DNA of 64,000 nucleotides from an uncultured Acidobacteriota bacterium (GTDB lineage Bacteria; Acidobacteriota; Thermoanaerobaculia; Multivoradales; SZUA-115): the NCBI GenBank assembly GCA_963805975.1, contig CAWDVR010000001.1:448001-512000 (forward strand), given 5' to 3'. Under the pieces are notes generated by a model. It had not been told where the DNA came from and made no database searches. It was given only the letters and a program-made list of their open reading frames with translations. This document shows, one piece after another, positions 18,883 through 28,582 of this stretch. Made by a program: the position numbers and the translations under genes. How positions within the stretch are numbered: position 1 is the first letter of the stretch; each line of letters begins with the position of its first letter.

Positions 18883-21800
18883 TCAGTCGGTGAAGGCGGA
18901 GATGTCCGCGACGCTCGCCAGGTTGCCGCTCGGGTTCAGGTAGGTCTTGACCGCGCCGGTCAACGTGTCGGTGACGGTGATCTGGTACTGGACGTTCGAC
19001 AGCGCGCCGTAGAACACCCACCAGTGGTCGTTGACCGGTCGGCCGTCGAGCACCTTGAGGATCAGCTCGACATTGTCGGCGCGGAAGAACCAGAAGTAGC
19101 CCGTGTCGCTGGTCAGGGGCACCGCCTGGCCGCTGCCGTGGTGCGTGGGTGAGGTGCGCCAGGCGACCTCCACTTTGAAGCGGCTCGCGTTGAGGCAGAG
19201 GTTGGTGGAGCCGGACGAGCAGGCGGCCGGTGCCGTGGGAACCTCGGGCTCCAGGTCTCGGTGTGTCGCGAAGGCTGTGGCTGCTGCCTCGAGAGACGTG
19301 GAGCCGACTGCTGGTGCCGCCTCGGGAATGGCTTCGGTGTCCGCGACGCTGGCGAGCTCGCCGGGCCGGTTGCGGTAGACGCGCGTCTGCCCGCTGATCG
19401 TGTCGGTGACGCGGATGGTGTACGGCACGCTCGACAGAGCGCCGTAGAACACCCACCAGTGGTCGTTGACCGGGCGGCCGTCCAGTACTTTGATCACCAC
19501 CTCGACGTTGTCCGGCCGGAAGAACCAGAAGTAACCGGTGTCGCCGGTGAGCGTCACCGCGTGGCCCTCGCCGTCGTTGCCTGAGAAGTCCTCCCACACG
19601 ACCTGGATGCGGAAGCGATTCTGATTGAGGCAGAGGTGGGCGTCCGATGCCGAGCAGAGCGGCTCCGTGTCGCTCGCCTCGAGCACCGCGATCGAGGTCT
19701 CCACGGCAGCGGTCAACCCGGCGCTCGCCGGCCCCACGAAGCTCACGCCGCCTCCGGTCAGCACTGCCAGCTCGCTGGCCTGCTCGAGGAGCTCGGAGCG
19801 GTCGATCGGCGGCAGGCTGCCGTCCTCGCCCTGGGTCACGAAGGTGCCCGGCTCGTCGGCGATCAGGGTGAAGAGCGAGAGCTTGCTCGGCGGATAGGTG
19901 GTGGAGATCAGCGAGCGCACGAGATTGCGCCCCGCGGCCTTCTTGAGAGGAGCGCCGGGGTAGTCCTCGACGTCCGAATTGTGGAAGGGCGCGTCCGTCA
20001 GCAGGTAGACGACCCGATGCCGCCCGCTGACCCAGCCGAGGGAGCTGGGGGCCACCTCGCCTGTCGAGTTGCCGGGGATGTTGTCGGCGTCGAGATCGCG
20101 GCCGAGGCCGGTCAGGGCCTGGAACACGGCTTCGTACTGGGCTTCGGGTCCGTCTGCGCCGCCGTTGGGAGCCGGAAAGGTCGAGGGGTCGATGGCAGCC
20201 AGGAACGCACTGATATTGGTCGTGAAGGGCAGGAGAGTCTGGTAGGCGGTGTCCCCAGGGCTGCCGAAGTCGAAGCCGCCCGCCGGGTTGGGGAAGGGAA
20301 AGTCACGGAAGATGGCGATCCCGAAGCGAGCTCCGGGGAAGGCGACCTGCAGCTTGGTCGCCACCGCGGAAGCCTGGGCCTGGATCTGCGGCATGTCGTC
20401 GCCGTAGCTGCCCGAGTTGTCGATCAGGAACAGCACGTCGATGTTGCCGACGGTGGGAGACGGCAGTGCAAAGGCATCCACGTCGGCGGTCATCATGTTG
20501 CTGCACGAAGAGATGTTGGAGACCGAGACCCGGGTGGGCGAGGGGTTGTAGTTGTTGGTGTTCGGGTTGGTGGCGCCGGTGAACGAAGTCTTCACCGAGC
20601 TGCCGGGAAAGAGGTCGCCCGCGTCACCGCCGTTGGAGTTGGCTTCGAGGTGACAGGCACCGTCCGCCTGCTCCAGGGCGATCCCGTACTGCGCCTGCGC
20701 CTGCTGCACGAACACGCCGCACTTCTGGTTCTTGTTCACGGCGTTCGCGGCCGCATTGTTGATCAAGGTCGGCTCGTGGACGTGGTAGATGGCAAGGCCG
20801 CAGGTCTTGAGGTGCTTGTCGAAGCCCACCTGCTGGCGGTTCTCGAGCAGGAAGTACTCGCCGTTACCGATGTCGATGCGGAAGGCCTCGGGTGTCTGCT
20901 CGATCGCGTGAATGGGCAGCGCGGCCTGGGCGCTGGTCAGGAGCTCCGCGTTGAGCCAACCCAGGCGCTCCTTCTCCCAGGCGCTCATGTGCGCGGGACT
21001 CGACTGGGAGTTCCAGTTGCCCGCCGCCATCAGGCTCCAGAAGCCCAGGCCCGCGGAGTTGTCGTCGGTGTCGTAGAGGTCGGGGAGGCCGAAGATGTGC
21101 CCGGTCTCGTGCGCGAAGGTGCCGATGTCCAGCTCGGCGCCGGAACAGCCGAGTGCGCCCTGGATGGTGTAACTGTCGATCTTGATCTTGCCGCCGCCGG
21201 CCGCGTTGTCCGCGGTGTCGAGCTTGAAGCTGCCGGACCAGCCGCTGTAGAACCAGCGATGCGCCCAGAGGTTGGTGTTGTTGCACTCGCCGCCGGATTC
21301 GGGATGGATGAAGGCGATCTGGTCCACCACGCCGTCGTCGTCGCCGGAGTTGGGAACTCCGTCCGGCCCGTCGTTGTCGTACTGCCCGAAGTCGACGGTG
21401 GGATCAGTCCCCGCGACCCCGAGCTCGATGATCTCCTTCACGTGGCCGCTGGCGTCGAGGCCCTTCTTGTTCCCCGCATAGTAGATGTCGGTCTGCGGCA
21501 GCCCGACGTAGGGGAACACGTCGCCGGTGACCGTCAGCAGGCCGTAGGACATCTCGAGGTAGAAGTCCGTCACAGTGCCGTCCGGCAGGTTGGGGCCGGT
21601 GAACAGGATCTCGGCAATCCGGGTCGAAGGGACCGCCGCCGGTGCCGCCACGTTGCTGAAGTAAACTGGTACCACCGGAATGCGGACCGTGCCGGAGACG
21701 GCCAGCGCCTCGGGCCCGGCCGTGGAGAGTCCGCTCTTGGCCCGGAGGCGCTCGACGCGAGCGCGCTCGACCTTCGCCTCCAGGCCCCCGCGTACGGCAA

Positions 21801-21957
21801 AGTCCTCCGGGTGTGCACGGCGATACGCGAGGTACGCCTCCGGGAACTGGTGGCCGGGAGCGGGAGCGCTGGTCGCCTGGAGCCGCCCTCCCGCTATCCA
21901 GGTACAGGCCGCGAGCAGGAGCGCCAGCCGGCGCCTCCTGAGCTGGGTGCTGGGCAT
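18883..21957 (-). CDS. Secreted M6 (immune inhibitor A-like) metalloprotease + VWA domain + two copies of a ~100-aa C-terminal domain
   Basis: DFGQYDNDGPDG, IGTFAHETGHIFGLPDLYD, WSLMAAG, EYFLLENRQ; VWA MIDAS DVLFLIDNSGS; duplicated LCLN.RF...GYFWFF...KVLDG...WVFYGALS. Confidence 0.9.
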   Translation of the reverse strand: MPSTQLRRRRLALLLAACTWIAGGRLQATSAPAPGHQFPEAYLAYRRAHPEDFAVRGGLEAKVERARVERLRAKSGLSTAGPEALAVSGTVRIPVVPVYFSNVAAPAAVPSTRIAEILFTGPNLPDGTVTDFYLEMSYGLLTVTGDVFPYVGLPQTDIYYAGNKKGLDASGHVKEIIELGVAGTDPTVDFGQYDNDGPDGVPNSGDDDGVVDQIAFIHPESGGECNNTNLWAHRWFYSGWSGSFKLDTADNAAGGGKIKIDSYTIQGALGCSGAELDIGTFAHETGHIFGLPDLYDTDDNSAGLGFWSLMAAGNWNSQSSPAHMSAWEKERLGWLNAELLTSAQAALPIHAIEQTPEAFRIDIGNGEYFLLENRQQVGFDKHLKTCGLAIYHVHEPTLINNAAANAVNKNQKCGVFVQQAQAQYGIALEQADGACHLEANSNGGDAGDLFPGSSVKTSFTGATNPNTNNYNPSPTRVSVSNISSCSNMMTADVDAFALPSPTVGNIDVLFLIDNSGSYGDDMPQIQAQASAVATKLQVAFPGARFGIAIFRDFPFPNPAGGFDFGSPGDTAYQTLLPFTTNISAFLAAIDPSTFPAPNGGADGPEAQYEAVFQALTGLGRDLDADNIPGNSTGEVAPSSLGWVSGRHRVVYLLTDAPFHNSDVEDYPGAPLKKAAGRNLVRSLISTTYPPSKLSLFTLIADEPGTFVTQGEDGSLPPIDRSELLEQASELAVLTGGGVSFVGPASAGLTAAVETSIAVLEASDTEPLCSASDAHLCLNQNRFRIQVVWEDFSGNDGEGHAVTLTGDTGYFWFFRPDNVEVVIKVLDGRPVNDHWWVFYGALSSVPYTIRVTDTISGQTRVYRNRPGELASVADTEAIPEAAPAVGSTSLEAAATAFATHRDLEPEVPTAPAACSSGSTNLCLNASRFKVEVAWRTSPTHHGSGQAVPLTSDTGYFWFFRADNVELILKVLDGRPVNDHWWVFYGALSNVQYQITVTDTLTGAVKTYLNPSGNLASVADISAFTD

Positions 21958-22143
21958 CGTGAAAGTCCTTTCCGCGCCGGAGCGCCGGGTGAAGAGGGCC
22001 GTCCAGCGGAGCTACCGCCCTCGTGAGCTGGGTATGAGGGTAAGAACGCCCAGGACGAGGCGTTCCCCTCACTCGGCTGGCGGCGTCGGACCGACGCGGG
22101 ACAATCTGGCAGTGGTGAAACCCACCGCCGTAGCAAGGCGGGT

Positions 22144-22170
22144 GAGAGGGCGGCTTTGGACCGCCCTCTC
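22144..22170 (-). terminator. Hairpin just after the metallopeptidase stop
   Basis: GAGAGGGCGG/CCGCCCTCTC 10-bp stem; no clear U-tract. Confidence 0.45.
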
Positions 22171-22176
22171 GTCGTT

Positions 22177-23115
22177 TTACGGAGCCCCTTCCGGGAAGAA
22201 CATCGCCGGGTAGCCGAGGCAGATGCGGTCGCCCTCGGGGCCGATGCCGCAGTTGCCGGACAGGCACTCCGAGCTGGCGCGGCAGAAGACGCCGTTGGGA
22301 ATGTTCTGGGCGCGCTTGGGGTAGGCCGTGGTGGGCAGGCAGAGCAGCCGCGGCTCGCTCCAGTTGCCGCCGCAGCGCTTGGAGGCGCACTCGAAGTCGA
22401 TCTCGCAGTACGACCAGTTGCTGCGCTTGGCGACGCTCGCCGGGTCGAGCTGCACCGTCGCCGGCTCGCTGCCGGTGAAGTGCTTGTTGATCCAGTCGCC
22501 GTGGAAGTTCATGATCGAATTGGGATCGCTCGAGTGCGGCAGCGAGAAGGTGTGGCCCAGCTCGTGAGCCACCGTGCCGTGCCAGATCTCCGGCGTGCAC
22601 CACCAGTTGCCGGCGCACTTGGCGGTGTCCATCAAAGACTCCATGCCGACTACCGCGTAGCCTTGGCCCGAGGTGTTGCCCGTGCCGCCGGCCCAGCCGA
22701 GGAAGCCGGCACCGATGATCAGCAGCTTCTGTCGTACGTCGCCCGGCGCCCAGGGATCGAGGCCGAGGCTGGTGGCGGTGTCGCCGATACAGGGCCCCAT
22801 GTCAGCCAGGCACTGGGCGGCCGTGTAGTGGCCCCGGAACACGATCAGATCTTCGAAGATCACGTTGTCGCCCGGCAGCTCGCGCGAGTACCAGCGCGAG
22901 ACGTTGGCGAGCCCGCGCGACACGCCGGAGGCGTGATAGTCGAGGAGGGCCTCGCCCTGCGGCCCGTCGTACTGGGTGGCGGCCGCCGGCACGTAGAGCA
23001 CCGAGGCCACGCGCGAGGTGATCGCCGCCTGCGCCGGGCCGGCCACCAGCCCTCCCAGCGTCGCTGCGAGAGTCACGATTCCGTTCACGGTCCAAACTCT
23101 GCTCGTCTTGTTCAT
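22177..23115 (-). CDS. Secreted metzincin-like zinc peptidase with Cys-rich C-terminal repeats
   Basis: Signal peptide; HELGHTFSLPH plus SIMN Met-turn; CEIDFECASKRC and CRASSECLSGNC repeats. Confidence 0.8.
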   Translation of the reverse strand: MNKTSRVWTVNGIVTLAATLGGLVAGPAQAAITSRVASVLYVPAAATQYDGPQGEALLDYHASGVSRGLANVSRWYSRELPGDNVIFEDLIVFRGHYTAAQCLADMGPCIGDTATSLGLDPWAPGDVRQKLLIIGAGFLGWAGGTGNTSGQGYAVVGMESLMDTAKCAGNWWCTPEIWHGTVAHELGHTFSLPHSSDPNSIMNFHGDWINKHFTGSEPATVQLDPASVAKRSNWSYCEIDFECASKRCGGNWSEPRLLCLPTTAYPKRAQNIPNGVFCRASSECLSGNCGIGPEGDRICLGYPAMFFPEGAP

Positions 23116-23201
23116 CGTTTTCTCCTTCCTCTGGAAATCAGGGTGTCGAAACCATCACGGTGCAGACACGGCGACGCCGCCTGCACCGAGCGGGCCTCGG
23201 G

Positions 23202-23217
23202 AGCAACCCTCCTGCCA
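23202..23217 (-). promoter_or_regulatory. Candidate sigma54 promoter TGGCAG-N5-TTGCT
   Basis: GG-N10-GC motif about 90 nt upstream of ATG 23115. Confidence 0.5.
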
Positions 23218-23362
23218 GGAGCGAGAGCGTTTGGAATCAGAGGCTTGAGCGAGAAGGGCGTCCCGGCCGTGGAAGCTGGAGGCCGGGCAGTGGGGGCGCC
23301 AGTCTCAACTGTGGGACGGCAGACGCGGGCTGGTCACGCGCCCCCCGCAAGCTGGATGCAGG

Positions 23363-25288
23363 CTAGGAGCCCGCAGCCGCCTTGGCCGGCAGTGCGGGCG
23401 GCATGGCGAAGCGGGCCATGTCCAGCGGCGGGTTGAGGGCCACCTTCTCGATCACCATCACCGCGAGGCGGGCGCCGTACTCCTGCTCGATGTGGTGGGG
23501 AAGCATCACATCGCCGACCTTGCGGAAGTCGGAAAAGAAGCTGCGCTTCCGCATCGAGCTCCCGGACTGGGTGAAGTCCCATGTGGTCGAGTCCACCGCC
23601 ACCTCGAGAAAGGTCTTGGGGTCGAGGTGCCAGGTCTCGACCTCGCCCGAGGCGAGGGTCAGCTCGAGGTCGAGGGTGGGCGCGCCGTCGAGGTCGCCGG
23701 GGCCGATCCAACGGAGCTTGTGGCCCTTGGCCTGCCAGTCGAGGAGCGGCGGCTCGAGCATCGCGTCGCGGGCCAGTAGCTCCTTGTAGGGCGTCTCCGG
23801 GCGCTGGGGTCCCTCCTCGCCGGCGAGCGGCCACACCCACCACGGTCCGGTCTCGTCCTGGCCGAAGACGAAGGGCCCGCCCAGCGTGGCGCTCTCGAAG
23901 CGGAACCATTGCGGCCGCTTGCGTTCCAGGGAGAAGGCCGTCTTCTTGCTGAAGGTCGAGTAGGAGCCGGTCCACGCCATGGCCTCGACGGCGCGCCAGG
24001 CGGCCACGCCGCCGCGCGCCGCGGCGTAGCGGGAGGCGGCGTCCGAGGGATCTGGCGCCGGCGCCAGGTCCACGGCGGCGATCTCGTCCTGGTCGCGCAC
24101 GAAGAGCGTGTCGCCGGCGAGCGAGGGCGAGGTCCAGGCGCGCCCGGTCAGCACCTGGGCGCGGCCGCGCTCGCGATACTCCGTCGGGTTGGCCTCGACC
24201 AGCGCCAGCACGCCTTCGTCGGAGAGCACGTAGAGCAGGCCGTCCGCCGCCACCAGCGAGCCCTTGCCCAGGCCGCGCATCGCCCAGGTCTGCTCGCCGG
24301 TCGCCGCCGAGATGCACTTGAAGGTCGCGTTGTCGAAACCGTAGATGGCGTCGCCCACCACGACCGAGGCGTTGAAATGGTTGCGCATGCGGGGGTTGCG
24401 CCACACGTCCTCCACCTTGGGCTGGCCGTTCTCGGCTCCCACCCGGACCAGGAGGGCGCCGGCGTCGTCGCCGGCCGAGACGTAGATCTTGTCCGGCGGC
24501 AGGAAGAGCGGCAGGGCAACCGGGCCCGGCGGGGTCGGGTGCGTCCAGTAGACCTTGCCGTCCGGCAGCACCGAGACGAGCTGTGGCGACGGGTTGCGGC
24601 GCAGGAACACGATCTGGTGCTTGCCGCCGATGTCGACGGCGATCGGCGACGAATAGCTGGCCTCGCCTTCGCCCGCCGTCCAGCGCACGGCGCCCGTCCT
24701 CTTGTCGAAGGCGGCGAGCGCGCGGCCCTCGGTGCCTCCCACCTCGAGGAGCAGGAGATCGCCGTCGACGAGCGGCGACGGCGAGAAGCCCCAGCGCGGC
24801 ACGGCGCTGCCGAAGGTCTTGGGCAGGTCCACGGTCCAGAGCTTGGAGCCGTCCGCCGCCTTGAGAGCGAAGAGCCCGCCCTGTGCGCCGAGCACGAAGA
24901 CCACCTCGCCGTCGAGGGTGGGCGTCGAGCGCGGGCCGTCGCCGAACTCCTCGACGAAGCGCCCGCCGAGCTCGAAGCGCCAGAGCTCCTTGCCGGTGGC
25001 GGTGTCCAGGCTGAAGGCGTACTCCTTCTCGCCGTCCGCCGCCAGGGTATAGAGACGGCCGTCCACCACCGACATTCCCGAGAAGCCGGCGCCGATCGCC
25101 TGCTTCCAGGCCACGCGCGGCCCGCCCTCCGGCCAGTCGCGGGCCAGGCCCTTGGCCGCCGAGCGGCCGTCCCGCCCGGCGCCTCGGAACTGCGGCCAGT
25201 CGGCGGCCGGGTCGGGGTCGCGAGCGAGGGCGGCGAGACCGGAGAGCAGAAAGCCGGTGGCAACGAGCAGACGCGAGATCGGGCGCAT
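23363..25288 (-). CDS. PQQ-binding-like beta-propeller protein fused to a C-terminal LolA/lipoprotein-sorting-like domain
   Basis: DWPQFRG, GPRSTPT, ASYSSP, AWTSP propeller motifs; C-terminal RYAAARGGVAAWRAV...FSDFRKVGDVMLPH...NPPLDMARF. Confidence 0.82.
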   Translation of the reverse strand: MRPISRLLVATGFLLSGLAALARDPDPAADWPQFRGAGRDGRSAAKGLARDWPEGGPRVAWKQAIGAGFSGMSVVDGRLYTLAADGEKEYAFSLDTATGKELWRFELGGRFVEEFGDGPRSTPTLDGEVVFVLGAQGGLFALKAADGSKLWTVDLPKTFGSAVPRWGFSPSPLVDGDLLLLEVGGTEGRALAAFDKRTGAVRWTAGEGEASYSSPIAVDIGGKHQIVFLRRNPSPQLVSVLPDGKVYWTHPTPPGPVALPLFLPPDKIYVSAGDDAGALLVRVGAENGQPKVEDVWRNPRMRNHFNASVVVGDAIYGFDNATFKCISAATGEQTWAMRGLGKGSLVAADGLLYVLSDEGVLALVEANPTEYRERGRAQVLTGRAWTSPSLAGDTLFVRDQDEIAAVDLAPAPDPSDAASRYAAARGGVAAWRAVEAMAWTGSYSTFSKKTAFSLERKRPQWFRFESATLGGPFVFGQDETGPWWVWPLAGEEGPQRPETPYKELLARDAMLEPPLLDWQAKGHKLRWIGPGDLDGAPTLDLELTLASGEVETWHLDPKTFLEVAVDSTTWDFTQSGSSMRKRSFFSDFRKVGDVMLPHHIEQEYGARLAVMVIEKVALNPPLDMARFAMPPALPAKAAAGS

Positions 25289-25349
25289 GGGGTCAGTCTC
25301 CTACGGTTGTAGGTAGATCATACGGGAGAACCAGGTGGAGGTTGCGGCG

Positions 25350-25459
25350 CCCCTCACCCTGGCCCTCTCCCCGCTGACGCGGGGCGAGGGGACCGGATCG
25401 GAAACCGCCGTGGAGCTCCGGCCCCCTCTCCCGCTTGCGGGAGAGGGCTGGGGTGAGGG
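25350..25459. repeat. Family A palindromic repeat, inverted pair (25350-25393, 25422-25459)
   Basis: CCCCTCACCCTGGCCCTCTCCCCGC...GCGGGGCGAGGGGAC and CCCCCTCTCCCGCTTGCGGGAGAGGGCTGGGGTGAGGG. Confidence 0.88.
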
Positions 25460-25463
25460 TTCT

Positions 25464-27380
<1,917 letters not shown>

Positions 27381-27528
27381 TCCTGGGTTCCTCCCCCGCC
27401 GGTTCGCTACGGCGAAGCGAGGGACTGTAGCACGCCGGGTCGGCGCCGGAGATCCCCGTGACCGCGGTGCTAAACTGTTCCCGCTCTCGACTCCCAGACG
27501 AGCGAAATCCATCTCATCCGGAGGAGCC

Positions 27529-28425
27529 TTGACCCAGACCGTCAGTGCGATCGGCGTGCCCATGGATCTGGGCCAGTCGCGGCGCGGCGTGGACATGGGG
27601 CCGGGTGCCGTGCGCTACGCCGGCCTCGGCGACCGCGTGCGGGGCCTGGGCCGCAGCTTCAAGGACCGGGGCGACATCAGGATCGGTCTGCGCGATCACC
27701 TACCGCCCGAGGGCGGGCTCGCCTTCCTGCCCGCCGTGGTCGAGGCCTGCGAAGCGGTCTACCGGGCCGGTGTCGAGGCGATCGCGGCCGGCGAGATGCC
27801 GATCTTCGTGGGTGGCGATCACTCGATCGCCCTGGGGACGGTCGGCGCCGCCACCCATCACGAGCGCGTGGGTGTGCTATGGATCGACGCGCACGGCGAC
27901 TTCAACACCCCCGAGACCTCGCCGTCGGGCAACCTGCACGGTATGCCGCTCGCCGCGCTCACCGGCCGGGGTGCCGCCGCCATGGTGGACATCGGACGGC
28001 CGGGAGCTAAGGTCGATGCCGCCGACGTGGTGCTGATCGGCACCCGCGACCTCGATCCGCCGGAGCGCGAGCTACTGCGCGGCTCGGGCGCCAAGACCTT
28101 CACCATCTCGGAGGTGGACGAGGAAGGGATCGGCGCGGTGGCCCGCGAGGCGGCCCGTTACCTCGCCGGCCGCGGCCTGTCGCGCATCCACGTGAGCCTG
28201 GACATGGACGTGCTCGATCCGCGCTTCGCGCCGGGCGTGGGTACGCCGGTCTACGGCGGCTTCAACCCGCGCGAGGCGCACCTGCTGCTCGAGATCCTGT
28301 CCAAGGAGTGCCAGGTGGGATCGATGGACGTGGTGGAGATCAACCCCATCCTGGACCAGCACAACCAGACGGCCGAGCTGGCGGTGGAGCTGATCCTGTC
28401 GATGCTGGGGAAGAGAATCCTGTAA
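27529..28425 (+). CDS. rocF: Arginase
   Basis: [51 protein letters not shown]; GGAGG before TTG. Confidence 0.94.
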   Translation: MTQTVSAIGVPMDLGQSRRGVDMGPGAVRYAGLGDRVRGLGRSFKDRGDIRIGLRDHLPPEGGLAFLPAVVEACEAVYRAGVEAIAAGEMPIFVGGDHSIALGTVGAATHHERVGVLWIDAHGDFNTPETSPSGNLHGMPLAALTGRGAAAMVDIGRPGAKVDAADVVLIGTRDLDPPERELLRGSGAKTFTISEVDEEGIGAVAREAARYLAGRGLSRIHVSLDMDVLDPRFAPGVGTPVYGGFNPREAHLLLEILSKECQVGSMDVVEINPILDQHNQTAELAVELILSMLGKRIL

Positions 28426-28453
28426 CGGCCGGCCCTCTCGTACCTGAAAAGAG

Positions 28454-28564
28454 TGGATTCCCGCTTTCGCGGGAATGACAGCCCGGGCGCTGAGCGCGGC
28501 TCTGTCGGGCTGGCGTGGGCACCGCGGCTCGGGCTTTCGTCATTCCCGCGAAAGCGGGAATCCA
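28454..28564. repeat. Family B palindromic repeat (GTCATTCCCGCGAAAGCGGGAATCCA), inverted pair
   Basis: Copies at 28454-28479 (reverse) and 28539-28564, between convergent genes. Confidence 0.9.
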
Positions 28565-28582
28565 TCCGACTCTGTGCCTGGG

